From: Candidatus Methanoperedenaceae archaeon
GTDB taxonomy: Archaea > Halobacteriota > Methanosarcinia > Methanosarcinales > Methanoperedenaceae
DNA length: 64,000 bases
Reading direction: 5' to 3'
Assembly: GCA_963753595.1 (NCBI GenBank)
Contig: CAVWCX010000018.1
Location: 32,001 to 96,000 of the forward strand
Position numbers and translations under genes: made by a program. The notes under the pieces are model-generated. The model was given only the letters and a program-made list of their open reading frames with translations, was not told the DNA's origin and searched no databases. Shown here one piece after another: positions 9,203-19,540 of this stretch; position 1 is the stretch's first letter; the number at the start of each line of letters is the position of its first letter.

Positions 9203-9730
9203 ATGTTGGAAACTCCCGAACAAAGAACAAAATTATTAAAAGCTGGCTTCTCTGGAAAAGAAATTGAGAGGCTTTATATTGAACAAAATAACATCAAAAT
9301 AGTCAATTTCCCTTTACTGCATGAAACAATGAATTTAAAAGGAGTTAATATGAATAAACCTGATATAATCAATATTGATGACACAGAAGAAATCACAAAC
9401 ATACTTATGTCCCTGGGAATTAGCAGGAATGCTGCTGCAGCTCTTAGCTATCTTAAAAATTCGAATTCAGCCACATCCATTGACCTGGAACGGTCAGCTA
9501 GGCTACGCCAGCCTGAAGTCAGCATAGCCATGAAACAATTAAAGGAATGGGGCTGGATATATGAATGTGAAGATAAGAAGACAGGCAGAGGAAGACCGAA
9601 TAAGATTTATTCGCTTAAAGTTGGCTTTAATGGCATAATCGCCCAGTTTGAAGAACAGCAATCGAAAGCATTTGATGAGGCTAAAACAAAGATTGAGCGG
9701 TTGAAAGAATTAGGAAACATTAGATGGTGA
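9203..9730 (+). CDS. wHTH (MarR/TrmB-like) transcriptional regulator
   Basis: LRQPEVSIAMKQL..GRGRPNKIYSL; second RBS plus in-frame ATG at 9350. Confidence 0.8.
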   Translation: MLETPEQRTKLLKAGFSGKEIERLYIEQNNIKIVNFPLLHETMNLKGVNMNKPDIINIDDTEEITNILMSLGISRNAAAALSYLKNSNSATSIDLERSARLRQPEVSIAMKQLKEWGWIYECEDKKTGRGRPNKIYSLKVGFNGIIAQFEEQQSKAFDEAKTKIERLKELGNIRW

Positions 9731-9789
9731 AATTAAAGTAACATAAATAGTAACATAAATAATAAAATTTTGTAGCTCAACAGATGTTA

Positions 9790-11100
9790 CTATTTTTTCA
9801 GTCTGGCTATCCAATAAATAAATGCTATTGTTATAAAAAATAGCATTGCAATTAATATAATATTAAAAGACACAGGTTTTTTCACAGTATCTTTTGCGAT
9901 TTCAGCGGTCTGCTTTGGTGATGGGCTGGAAGTAATTGTTTGTGCGGGGGTAAATATTTCCGGTTGTGCCGGTGGATGGTATATCACCTGAATATTTTCA
10001 GTAATATTATTCCCATTCGTATCCCATGCATTTATGGTGATATTATTAGTCCCTTCCTGAAGCCTGACTATTTGATCCCAAACTTCAGTTCCGGAAAAAT
10101 TTCCATTTACCAGAACTTCTTTAATTCCATTCTTATCAGAAGCAGTACCTGAGATGCTAATTTCCTGTTTTGAAAATATTTCCTCCTGCACCGGTTTTTC
10201 AATTATTATCTGTGGAGGAATGGTATCGGGGACTTTGAAGATATGCCATGTGTCACCTGATGCCGCATAGATATAATCACCTGATGGATGGATCGCAATA
10301 GCTGTTCTATCTTTTATTTCGTTTATAAAAAATGTGCCAGTATTATTTGGTGCATACGGATTGCTGACATTCAGCACGTTATATTCAGATGTCCCGTCTG
10401 CCCTGGCAAGATAAACATCATTTCCATGTATCGATATATCATATACACTTTTCCCAAGAGAGTGAAAGACCTGCTCTGGACTTTCCGGATCGGATACATC
10501 AACAATATAAAATCCGTTTCTTTTTTCTGCACTTAAGAAAACATAATCCCCGGAAACTTCAATTGATATCCCTGCCCATCCTTGAAGAGTCCCACTAATA
10601 TTGGATTTAAAGACATAGAACATCCCGGCAAGTTCAGGATTTTTCCGGTTGGTTAAATTAAAAATAAGAAATCCAGTGTTCGTATCAGCTACATACATAT
10701 ATTTTTCAGTCACTGCAACATCATTTGCATTGTCCAGATAGGTCATCTGTTGTAATTTTGTGGGATTTTCAGGATCACTGATATTGAGCACATTTATCCA
10801 ACCCGGACCTGATGCTATATACAGACGCTCTTCCAGAATAGATATCCCATAAACCTTACCATCAAAATCTGTAACTTTATTGAGCAGCCCGGGCTTTTCA
10901 GGGTTGCTTACATTGTATATGAGCAATGAATTTCCATCAGCAATGAACATATAATCCTTATAGAATTCGGCATCGTGAGGTTCGGAGGTTGTGAAAATGC
11001 CAACTTCTGTCAGGTTTTTTAAGGGTTCAGATTGTGCCGGACCCGCGATTAAACCCAATACCAGAATAAATAAAATAAAGCTTCGGATCATATCCCACAT
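9790..11100 (-). CDS. LVIVD-repeat surface protein with Ig-like domain and C-terminal TM anchor
   Basis: Signal peptide; repeated IYNVSNPEKP / VLNISDPENP / IVDVSDPESP; DTIPPQI..GTASD Ig fold. Confidence 0.8.
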   Translation of the reverse strand: MWDMIRSFILFILVLGLIAGPAQSEPLKNLTEVGIFTTSEPHDAEFYKDYMFIADGNSLLIYNVSNPEKPGLLNKVTDFDGKVYGISILEERLYIASGPGWINVLNISDPENPTKLQQMTYLDNANDVAVTEKYMYVADTNTGFLIFNLTNRKNPELAGMFYVFKSNISGTLQGWAGISIEVSGDYVFLSAEKRNGFYIVDVSDPESPEQVFHSLGKSVYDISIHGNDVYLARADGTSEYNVLNVSNPYAPNNTGTFFINEIKDRTAIAIHPSGDYIYAASGDTWHIFKVPDTIPPQIIIEKPVQEEIFSKQEISISGTASDKNGIKEVLVNGNFSGTEVWDQIVRLQEGTNNITINAWDTNGNNITENIQVIYHPPAQPEIFTPAQTITSSPSPKQTAEIAKDTVKKPVSFNIILIAMLFFITIAFIYWIARLKK

Positions 11101-11126
11101 AATTATGTTATGATGGCTGTTAATAT

Positions 11127-12506
11127 TTATAATTTTTCCGGCTTCAGGTACTCATCAATCGCCCTTGCCGCAATCTTTCCCGCGCCCATAGCGCTTATCA
11201 CGGTTGCTGCACCTGTAACTGCGTCGCCTCCTGCGAAAACTCCTTCTTTTGTGGTCGCGCCGTTTTCTTTTGCGATGATCGTCCCGTGCTTTGATATCCC
11301 AAGCCCGATCGTCGTTCGCGGCACAAGTGGATTCGGCGATGTACCGATAGCGATTATCACGACATCTGCTTCTATTTTATGTTCAGTTCCAGCAAGAGGC
11401 ATGGGTTTGCATCTTCCAGACTCATCAGGCTCGCACAGGTACATATTAATGCATTCAATATCAGTTACCCAGTTCTTGGCATCGCCATTGAGCCTTACAG
11501 GATTTGTAAGAAGCCTGAACTTGATGCCTTCTTCTTTTGCATGCCCTATTTCCTCAGCCCGCGCCGGCATTTCTTCTTCTCCACGCCTGTAAACGATCGT
11601 GACCTCCTGCGCCCCAAGCCGCAGGGCGCACCTGGCTGAGTCCATTGCCACATTGCCGCCGCCCACGACGACCACATGTTTTCCTTTCTTGATAGGTGTA
11701 TCATAATCCGGGAATTTGTAGGATTTCATGAGATTTACACGCGTCAGGAATTCATTGGCTGAATAAACCCCATTAAGGTTCTCTCCATCAATATTAAGGA
11801 ACATGGGCAATCCTGCACCAGTTCCAAGGAATACGGCATCGAAATCAGAGAGTAATTCATCGACAGTATCAATTTTCCCGATCACCGAATCAAGAAGAAG
11901 CGTAACTCCGAGTTTTTTGACATACTCCACCTCGGCACGAACTATATCCTTTGGAAGACGGAATTCCGGGATACCATACGTAAGAACGCCACCTGCCGCA
12001 TGGAGTGCCTCGAAGATCGTTACTGAGTGGCCCATTCTTGCAAGGTCTGCTCCAGCTGTTAATCCGGCAGGCCCTGAACCTACAACTGCGACTTTTTTCC
12101 CTGAAGGTTTCGGCTTTTCAGGGATTTCCACTTTTTTCTTACGTTCCTGATCTGAAACAAAGCGCTCAAGCCTGCCTATAGATACAGGTTCTCCCTTCTT
12201 GCCAAGGATACACGACGCTTCGCACTGTGTCTCCTGGGGGCAAACGCGTCCGCAAACGGCAGGAAGTGCATTATCAGTTTTTATCTCCTTTATCGCGCTG
12301 TCAAAATCACCAATTGACACATATTTGATAAAACCAGGAATCCTTACTTCAACAGGACAGCCTTCGACACACTTTGGTTTCTTGCACTGGATGCATCTTT
12401 TTGCCTCTTCTATTGCCTGTTCGCCAGTGAAACCAAGTGCAACTTCATTGAAATTTGCCCGACGGACCTTAGGGTCCTGCTCTGGCATTTTCTGGCGACC
12501 TAACAT
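11127..12506 (-). CDS. NADPH-dependent glutamate-synthase-small-subunit homolog (NfnB/SudA-type large subunit)
   Basis: RCIQC..CVEGCP, CGRVCPQE..CE, GSGPAG, GGGNVAMD, FAGGD. Confidence 0.88.
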   Translation of the reverse strand: MLGRQKMPEQDPKVRRANFNEVALGFTGEQAIEEAKRCIQCKKPKCVEGCPVEVRIPGFIKYVSIGDFDSAIKEIKTDNALPAVCGRVCPQETQCEASCILGKKGEPVSIGRLERFVSDQERKKKVEIPEKPKPSGKKVAVVGSGPAGLTAGADLARMGHSVTIFEALHAAGGVLTYGIPEFRLPKDIVRAEVEYVKKLGVTLLLDSVIGKIDTVDELLSDFDAVFLGTGAGLPMFLNIDGENLNGVYSANEFLTRVNLMKSYKFPDYDTPIKKGKHVVVVGGGNVAMDSARCALRLGAQEVTIVYRRGEEEMPARAEEIGHAKEEGIKFRLLTNPVRLNGDAKNWVTDIECINMYLCEPDESGRCKPMPLAGTEHKIEADVVIIAIGTSPNPLVPRTTIGLGISKHGTIIAKENGATTKEGVFAGGDAVTGAATVISAMGAGKIAARAIDEYLKPEKL

Positions 12507-13345
12507 TTGCATCCCTCCCTCTGACATTTATATTTCTCAAATGCAAGCTTTTCCTCTGGCTGGTAAATAGCAAGCCTGTTCATCAGCAGCGTAAAATCCA
12601 CAAGATGCGCATCAAATTCCGGCCCATCCACGCATGCGAATTTTGTCTCGTTTCCCACAAGCACCCTGCAGGCGCCGCACATACCGGTCCCATCAACCAT
12701 TATCGAATTAAGGCTTACTATGGTCTTTACATTAAATGGCTTTGTAACTCCTGCTACCGCCCGCATCATTACCGGGGGGCCAATAGCGATCACTCTGTCC
12801 ACTATAGTTGCGCTTTCAAGTATTTTTTTAACAATATCGGTCACAAAACCATGGTGGCCTTTTGAACCGTCATCAGTTGTAATATACAGTTCATCGCTGA
12901 ATTCTCTCATTTTATCTTCCCATAACAGGAGATTTGCGCTTCGCGCGCCGATGATGGAAATGACTTTATTTCCGGCTTCCTTAAAAGCCCTGGCCTGCGG
13001 GAAAACAGGCGCTACACCTACCCCCCCGCCTACAAGAATTACCGTTCCTTCGTTTTCAATATGGGCTGGATTTCCAAGCGGCCCTATGAAATCCAGGAGA
13101 TAATCCCCTTCTTTAAGAGTTGACAATTGTGTGGTTGTTTTTCCCATTGCCTGGAAGATCATCGTAATAGTTCCTTTTTTCCGGTCAAAATCAGCGATCG
13201 TGAGAGGTATCCTTTCGCCTGTGTCATCAATCCTCAGGATGACGAACTGTCCGGGCTGTGCTTTCCTGGCAATACGGGGAGCGCTTATATCCATCAAATG
13301 GATCGTAGGAACAAGTTCCTGTTTAGTTAAGATCTTAAATGGCAT
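12500..13345 (-). CDS. ferredoxin-NADP reductase-like subunit (NfnA/SudB-type)
   Basis: PGQFV, ERIPLTI, GGGVG, MVDGTGMCGACRV..CVDGPEF. Confidence 0.88.
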   Translation of the reverse strand: MPFKILTKQELVPTIHLMDISAPRIARKAQPGQFVILRIDDTGERIPLTIADFDRKKGTITMIFQAMGKTTTQLSTLKEGDYLLDFIGPLGNPAHIENEGTVILVGGGVGVAPVFPQARAFKEAGNKVISIIGARSANLLLWEDKMREFSDELYITTDDGSKGHHGFVTDIVKKILESATIVDRVIAIGPPVMMRAVAGVTKPFNVKTIVSLNSIMVDGTGMCGACRVLVGNETKFACVDGPEFDAHLVDFTLLMNRLAIYQPEEKLAFEKYKCQREGCKC

Positions 13346-13429
13346 TTTTTCATCTCTGTAGGAAGTCTCTAAGTGGGTTTGGAATATAAAAATTATCCGT
13401 TTCTTAATTCATGATGTTATCTAGTGTTA

Positions 13430-15934
13430 TCATATAGATTCAACCTTCGCATCCATCCACCGGTCAACAAAAATGTACTTGAGCATATCGATTATCAAGA
13501 AGTTTGAACCGGTTTCTACCTCGATAGTCACTAAATTATCTTCATGGCTAAATTGAACAGAATTCAGGAGCTTTTTTTTCCTGTCCTTCGCTGCTACCTC
13601 AAAATAAACCTTTGCTTCATGTTTCTTTATATCAAAACCAAGCCCGTTTGAAATCAGGTATTCCTGCAAACGATTCTGGAAACTGTATTTTGACGGGTCA
13701 TTCCATTGGGATACTATCCTGAAATTATTTCCGATTTCTTTCCCGTCGAAAAATGTGATACTCAATAGTGATGAGTCTATACTTTTTTCCTTAAGATGTG
13801 AAAGGAATATTTCCTGGCTTCCTGAAAATTCAAAATCGTACAGGAATCGGCCGAAAAGGAAACCATATCCTTTGGAAGCTTGCATATTCTGCACCTGCCT
13901 GCATAAAAGATAGTCTTTAACCAGGGCAGGTATTTGTTCAAGAACAGTTTTCCCGATAAATGCGCATTTTGCTTCCGGGGTCAGGTAGCGCCCGGGTTCT
14001 TTTAATGTAACTGCTGCCTGAACGATCTTTGGCCTTTTCTTTTTCTCAACAGTGTTTTTGAGTCTTTCAAGATCTTCCCGCAAAACTTCAGGAATTAACA
14101 AAAGTTTTCGTTCTTCGCATCCACCACATCCGATGCAGCCACCTTTCCCTTCCAGGCAATAACTATTGTCAATAAAATTCCTGGCTTCGTTATACATCCT
14201 GTAAAGAAATGACTTGGCAGGAGTGCCTTTTACGCTTTCAAAAGGAAAAACATAAAACATGTCTTTAGGTTCGGATATCCTGTCACCGGATGTTGACCTT
14301 AATTCAGATAGGAGAGTTGGCTTATCACCGATAATATGCTCACCGTCAAAGTATCCGCCTTTTTCTGCAAATCCGGAAATGACACCAAAACATTCAAAAC
14401 CGGCAAGAACAATATGCTGCGATATCAGGAATTCTTCGATATCCTGTGCCATCCTGAATTCAAAATTATTGGTCTCACAATCCCTCTTTAAATCCCCTTT
14501 TACCTTTTTTATGGTCTCCGGGTCTTTTATGGTCTGGCTGAATTGCAGGGGTGTAAAAGGAAGGTTTGAAAGAAGCCCGAAACTCATAATTGTCCTGCAG
14601 CCTGGTGATAATTTCATTTTTAAATTTTTAAGCTTCATTATGAAAGATTTGAATTCCCGGCAGTCATTTTCATTTTCAAGACCTGTAATTATGAAAAATA
14701 ATTTTATTTGTCTTGGTTTTCTTGAATAGATGTGTTCAAGAGATGCAAGAAGCTCCTTTTCAGATAAGCTCTTATGCAAAAACCGTCTCATCCTGTCATT
14801 TATCCCTTCCACCCCCAATGTGAAAGTCCTTTTCCCGGAAAGTATCTCAAGATCAAGAAGGTCAGGGCGCATCGCGATGATATCTGCCCGCTGGCTCTTG
14901 AAATTCACAAATTTTGTAATTTCATTAAGATCAGCGATCACCTTTGCGATGCCTGTATGAAGATTGAAATTAAAACTCAAGGTATCAAATTCCGTCGGAG
15001 CATGTTTAATTTTTGCTTCAAGCGCTTTTGAAAGAATATCCTCCGGGTCATATTCCCGGAATGGTTTTCTTGTGTGCCCTTCAAAACAGAATGAGCAAAA
15101 GCATGGGCACCCCTGCGTTATCTGGAGTTTTACCGTGCTCTCGATATCGGTATTCAATATCGGGTATTCTGTGATGATATACGAAGCCTGCGGAATTTTT
15201 GGGGAAGCAGCGCTTATACTATCCGGTATTGGAAGCCTGATATCAAAGAAACCTTTTACTTCATTTTCAAGAATATGCAGGACCTGCGACTTTGGTTTTT
15301 CTAAGTTGTCATTCACGATAGCAGCGATTTTCCCTACAGCTCCTTCACCTTCCCCGAAAAACAACGCATCAATATAAGAATCACCGTCCGGCGATATAGC
15401 ACATTGGGCCATAAGAACATTTGAGCCGCCCATAATTACTATGGGGCGAAGCGTTCGTCGTTGCGATTTCAAACCGGGAATCCCGGTATTTGAAAAGAGA
15501 TATGGCAAATTGAATAATTCCAGAGTGAAAGAGTTGGATATTAGAACAAGGTCAAAATCATTTATTTGATGGAGAGATTGGATGCCCAGAAAAAATGGTA
15601 TTTTGTTCTCATTGAAAAACCGGATATTCTTTGGTTCCGGAAAAAATGCATAATCAATATATGCCAGAGGCAGCGCTCTTCGTATTTCCTGGAAAAGAAA
15701 ATTATGGGTTATTGATTCCCGGATATTCTGGAGAGGAGAAAGCCGAACGATCAATACCCGAAGCGTGGCATTCTCAAATGCGGGATTATTGAATGTGGGA
15801 TTATTGCGGGGAAAAAAGATGCGGTATCCCTCTATCTTATAAAAATTCTTTAAAATAATTCCCGAATGATCGATCATATATGTTGTAAATTCTTTGTGTC
15901 CCGATTTTAAACCCCTATTAACCTTCATGGACAT
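13430..15934 (-). CDS. large radical SAM protein
   Basis: CPCFCSFC (CxxxCxxC); extra Cys cluster CLEGKGGCIGCGGC. Confidence 0.8.
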   Translation of the reverse strand: MSMKVNRGLKSGHKEFTTYMIDHSGIILKNFYKIEGYRIFFPRNNPTFNNPAFENATLRVLIVRLSPLQNIRESITHNFLFQEIRRALPLAYIDYAFFPEPKNIRFFNENKIPFFLGIQSLHQINDFDLVLISNSFTLELFNLPYLFSNTGIPGLKSQRRTLRPIVIMGGSNVLMAQCAISPDGDSYIDALFFGEGEGAVGKIAAIVNDNLEKPKSQVLHILENEVKGFFDIRLPIPDSISAASPKIPQASYIITEYPILNTDIESTVKLQITQGCPCFCSFCFEGHTRKPFREYDPEDILSKALEAKIKHAPTEFDTLSFNFNLHTGIAKVIADLNEITKFVNFKSQRADIIAMRPDLLDLEILSGKRTFTLGVEGINDRMRRFLHKSLSEKELLASLEHIYSRKPRQIKLFFIITGLENENDCREFKSFIMKLKNLKMKLSPGCRTIMSFGLLSNLPFTPLQFSQTIKDPETIKKVKGDLKRDCETNNFEFRMAQDIEEFLISQHIVLAGFECFGVISGFAEKGGYFDGEHIIGDKPTLLSELRSTSGDRISEPKDMFYVFPFESVKGTPAKSFLYRMYNEARNFIDNSYCLEGKGGCIGCGGCEERKLLLIPEVLREDLERLKNTVEKKKRPKIVQAAVTLKEPGRYLTPEAKCAFIGKTVLEQIPALVKDYLLCRQVQNMQASKGYGFLFGRFLYDFEFSGSQEIFLSHLKEKSIDSSLLSITFFDGKEIGNNFRIVSQWNDPSKYSFQNRLQEYLISNGLGFDIKKHEAKVYFEVAAKDRKKKLLNSVQFSHEDNLVTIEVETGSNFLIIDMLKYIFVDRWMDAKVESI

Positions 15935-16196
15935 AATGCCTTTTACAAAAATCTTACGATCTTTTACAAAATTGGAATCATATATTATAATTTTCTCATC
16001 ATGAAATTATTAAATCAGAGAGTAAGATTTATTAATGAGTTTTTTCATAATAGAATGCAGTGAAGTATTTGGTTCGAGAAATAATTTTCTTCAAAAACAT
16101 GCCACTTGAATTTTGTATAATCTATTTTTAATAATATTTACTAAAAGAGACCAAAATATTTATGATAATTTTTAATAAAAAAGCGGAGGATGAATC

Positions 16197-16343
16197 TTGA
16201 AGTATTGTGTTGACTGCAGATACTTCTCAACAAAAGTAAAAGGAAGCAATAGGGAACAATACGATGGTTCCTGCACCAGGATGAAAAAAAATGTGTATGA
16301 GACAAATCTTGGATGCAAAGAATTCAATGAAGAACGTGTTTAG
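16197..16343 (+). CDS. unannotated 48-aa four-Cys microprotein
   Basis: TTG start 7 nt after GGAGG; MKYCVDCRYF...GSCTRMKK...LGCKEFNEERV*; ends 6 nt before the permease. Confidence 0.6.
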   Translation: MKYCVDCRYFSTKVKGSNREQYDGSCTRMKKNVYETNLGCKEFNEERV

Positions 16344-16349
16344 GCACAA

Positions 16350-17651
16350 TTGAATCAGCTTCTGGCTATTGGTGTTTTTTTATTTACGTATGCACTGATA
16401 GCCCTGAAGCCAAAAAAGATCAATGAAGCCCATGCGGCTTTAATTGGCGCCATCCTTGCAGTAATATTCCTGCTCAAACCGCATCAGGTACTTGAAGCTC
16501 TTGGTATCTCGACACAGGAAATGCCGGTGCCTCTTGTTACCACATGGAATGTTGTCATAATTCTTATAACTTTGATGATAATTTCAAGTCTGCTTGACGA
16601 TTACGGGTTCTTCAAGTATTGCGCAAGAAGAGCCATACATGCTGCAGGGAACAGCGGGAACAGGCTATTTTTATATACCTATCTTGCGGTTTCATCAATA
16701 GCGCTTTTTGCCGGGAATGACGTTGTCATCCTGACCACAACCCCCATTATCCTTATTTTCTGTAAAAATGCAGGAATAAATCCTAAACCATATATGTATG
16801 CATCTTTTTTTGCTGCAAATACATTTTCAATACCTCTTTATATCGGAAACCTTACAAATATCCTGATAGGGGATAGTTTAGGGCTTGATTATTTCGGATT
16901 TACTAAATATATGTTCCTTCCCACGATCGCAGCTGCCTCAGTAAATTATCATTTATTAAAATATATATTCAGGAAACAGATACCGCAAAGTTTTGGTCAC
17001 AAAGACGATTCCAGAGATGATTTCGAAGTTGTAATAAAAAATAAACCTATTGTAACCCTTGGGCTTGCAGTATTGCTTGGAGTCATCATTTTTGGAGGTA
17101 TCGCGAATTATTATAAAGTTCCAATATCGTTTGTTACATTAAGCGGGGCTTTAATTATATTGATTTCCGAAAGAAGGATCGCACATCGGCTAAAGAGAAT
17201 ATCCTGGAATGTTGTGATCTTTGTTATCGGGCTTTTCATCGTGGTAAAGAGCCTGGAAGTAAGCGGAGTAAATAGCAAAATAGGCGAAATTGTTTTCTCG
17301 GGATTCAGCGATAATATTTTCATTGCAACTTATTCCATGTCGCTTTTATCTGCTTTAATGTGCAATCTTGTAAATAATATTCCCATGACAGCAATGATGC
17401 TTTCAATAATCCAGCAGGCAAATCTATCCCCATCAATGAATACGGCAATGGGTTATTCGCTTGTTATTGGTTCAAATCTTGGCGCCAATTTTACCACATT
17501 CGGGGCGCTTGCCGGGATACTCTGGCTTGAAAGCGCGCGCCGATACGGATGGGATACCACAATGACCGATCTTCTCAAGATCGGTTTATTCGTTACTCCT
17601 ATTGCACTTCTGGGAGCAAGTATAGTGCTTGCGATCGAACTGTCTTTTTAA
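16350..17651 (+). CDS. ArsB/NhaD-family (ion transporter superfamily) permease
   Basis: Many TM helices; GNDVVIL..TP, IGNLTN, VNNIP, GSNLGANFT.FGALA.ILW. Confidence 0.85.
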   Translation: MNQLLAIGVFLFTYALIALKPKKINEAHAALIGAILAVIFLLKPHQVLEALGISTQEMPVPLVTTWNVVIILITLMIISSLLDDYGFFKYCARRAIHAAGNSGNRLFLYTYLAVSSIALFAGNDVVILTTTPIILIFCKNAGINPKPYMYASFFAANTFSIPLYIGNLTNILIGDSLGLDYFGFTKYMFLPTIAAASVNYHLLKYIFRKQIPQSFGHKDDSRDDFEVVIKNKPIVTLGLAVLLGVIIFGGIANYYKVPISFVTLSGALIILISERRIAHRLKRISWNVVIFVIGLFIVVKSLEVSGVNSKIGEIVFSGFSDNIFIATYSMSLLSALMCNLVNNIPMTAMMLSIIQQANLSPSMNTAMGYSLVIGSNLGANFTTFGALAGILWLESARRYGWDTTMTDLLKIGLFVTPIALLGASIVLAIELSF

Positions 17652-17717
17652 TATTTCAGGATAACAGTAGATATATATCTCTTTGAGTAGTACTCAAACC
17701 CCAGTTCAGGTGATATT

Positions 17718-17897
17718 ATGAATTTTATCGTAAAAGGAAATTTCAAAGCAGGACAAAAATGGGAACAATTTACAAAAAAGATAACAACATTGAACAAGAA
17801 CCTCGCATTAGAAAAGACATTTTCCCTTCTTGGAAGCGAGCACCGGTTAAAACGCAGTTTAATTAAGATAAATTCAGTAGACGAGGCTAAAGAATGA
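17718..17897 (+). CDS. rpl18a: 50S ribosomal protein L18Ae (LX)
   Basis: MNFIVKGNFKAG..FTKKI...EKTFSLLGSEHRLKRSLIKI; upstream of pfdA-ftsY; missed by the ORF track. Confidence 0.9.
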   Translation: MNFIVKGNFKAGQKWEQFTKKITTLNKNLALEKTFSLLGSEHRLKRSLIKINSVDEAKE

Positions 17898-18337
17898 GTG
17901 GTGTATTGAACCAGCAACAACTAGCAGAATTATCCGAAAGGCACCAGGTCTACCAGTATCAGGCGGAATCTATTGCACAGCAGATAAATATGGTCAAATT
18001 GACCATTAAAGATGTAGAAACCGCATTGGCCACAATCGCATCTTTAAAAGGTGAACCATCCGGGATAGAAACACTTGTGCCAATCGGTTTTGGTTCATTC
18101 GTCAAGGCGAACCTGGTAAATACGGATACTATTGTTGTTGGAATTGGGGCGGGAGTGAGCATTGAGAAAAAAATAGACGATGCTAAGTCATTCCTTGAAA
18201 AAAGAAAAGATGAACTTACAAAATATTTTGAGCAACTGAACGCAACAATAACAAAGCTTGGCCAGGAACTTCAAAATATCGAGAAAATCGTCCAAAAGCA
18301 CCAGCAATCCCAGCAGCAGCCCATGCGCGCTGAATAA
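17894..18337 (+). CDS. pfdA: prefoldin subunit alpha
   Basis: ETLVPIGFGSFVKA..IVVGIGAGVSIEK. Confidence 0.92.
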   Translation: MSGVLNQQQLAELSERHQVYQYQAESIAQQINMVKLTIKDVETALATIASLKGEPSGIETLVPIGFGSFVKANLVNTDTIVVGIGAGVSIEKKIDDAKSFLEKRKDELTKYFEQLNATITKLGQELQNIEKIVQKHQQSQQQPMRAE

Positions 18338-18343
18338 TTTCAC

Positions 18344-19483
18344 ATGTTTGAAAAACTCAAAGAGAAACTTGGCGGTTTTAAGAAAGCGCTCGGTGGAGTT
18401 TTAGAAAACAAAGAAAAAGAAGCCATAAAAACAGAACCTCCAAAGGTCGAACCTGTAAAAACAGAACCAGCAAAAGTTGATACCGTTAAGGCCGGGATCA
18501 AACCTGATATTAAAACCGACATTAAGACCCAGGTTACAAGTTCGGAAATATGGGAGAAGAAGAAAACTCCTGAACCTGCGCCGAAAGCTCCTGAAAAATT
18601 CGGTATATTCGATAAGATCAAAGCAGCTGTTTTTGAACAGGAATTCATAATAGAAGAAAGCAGCGTAAAAGACATTCTCTGGGAGCTTGAAATGGCGCTT
18701 CTTGAGAGTGATGTAGCGCTTCCTGTTGCTGAAAATATAGTTGAATCAATAAAAGTTGAGCTTGTTGGAACACGGAGAAAGATCGGCTCTGATGCAGGTA
18801 AGATAGTCGAAGACGCTCTTAAAAAGGCGATCCTTAAAGTAATTTCAGTAGATTATTTTGATTTTGATGAGTTCATCAAGAAAGCCAATAAACCTGTAAG
18901 CATTGTTTTTGTTGGTGTAAATGGAACAGGAAAGACCACAACTGTAGCAAAAATGGCAGAACGCTTTAAATCGCAGAATTATTCTGTGGTTATCGCTGCA
19001 GGCGATACATTCCGCGCCGGCGCAATTGAGCAGATAGACAAGCATGCTGAAGCTCTCGGGATAAAGATCATCAAGCACCAGGAAGGCTCTGACCCCGCGG
19101 CAATAATATATGATGCTATACAGTTCGCAAAAGCAAAGCACAAGGACATCGTGCTTGCAGATACCGCCGGAAGGATGCATATCAATATCAATCTTATGGA
19201 CCAGTTAAAAAAAGTATGCAGGGTCAATAATCCCGACCTTATTATTTTCGTGGATGAGGCAATTGCCGGAAACGATGCTGTTGAGCGGGCAAAGCTATTC
19301 AACAGCGCGGTGCCATTTAGCGGGAGCATTTTGACAAAAGCAGATGCAGATTCAAAAGGCGGCGCAGCAATATCAATATCATACACTACCGGGAAGCCAA
19401 TACTTTTCCTTGGAATAGGACAGACCTATAAGGACCTGGTTAAATTCGAGCCGCAGTGGTTGATTGCAAGGTTATTTGAATAA
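18344..19483 (+). CDS. ftsY: SRP receptor FtsY
   Basis: GVNGTGKTTT, DTFRAGA, DTAGR, TKADADSKGG. Confidence 0.95.
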   Translation: MFEKLKEKLGGFKKALGGVLENKEKEAIKTEPPKVEPVKTEPAKVDTVKAGIKPDIKTDIKTQVTSSEIWEKKKTPEPAPKAPEKFGIFDKIKAAVFEQEFIIEESSVKDILWELEMALLESDVALPVAENIVESIKVELVGTRRKIGSDAGKIVEDALKKAILKVISVDYFDFDEFIKKANKPVSIVFVGVNGTGKTTTVAKMAERFKSQNYSVVIAAGDTFRAGAIEQIDKHAEALGIKIIKHQEGSDPAAIIYDAIQFAKAKHKDIVLADTAGRMHININLMDQLKKVCRVNNPDLIIFVDEAIAGNDAVERAKLFNSAVPFSGSILTKADADSKGGAAISISYTTGKPILFLGIGQTYKDLVKFEPQWLIARLFE

Positions 19484-19540
19484 TTTCCGAAAAGGTTATT
19501 GCTTTTAAGTCCTATTTATACTGGAGGTATGGGATAATAT

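Noticed and set aside
9737-9760. AGTAACATAAAT tandem duplication
   Set aside because: Two copies in an AT-rich terminator gap; probably slippage
11127-13345. Glutamate synthase
   Set aside because: No large subunit; pairing with the FNR-like gene fits NfnAB/SudAB
18420-18535. KTEP/KxDI repeats in ftsY
   Set aside because: Ordinary low-complexity FtsY N-terminal region
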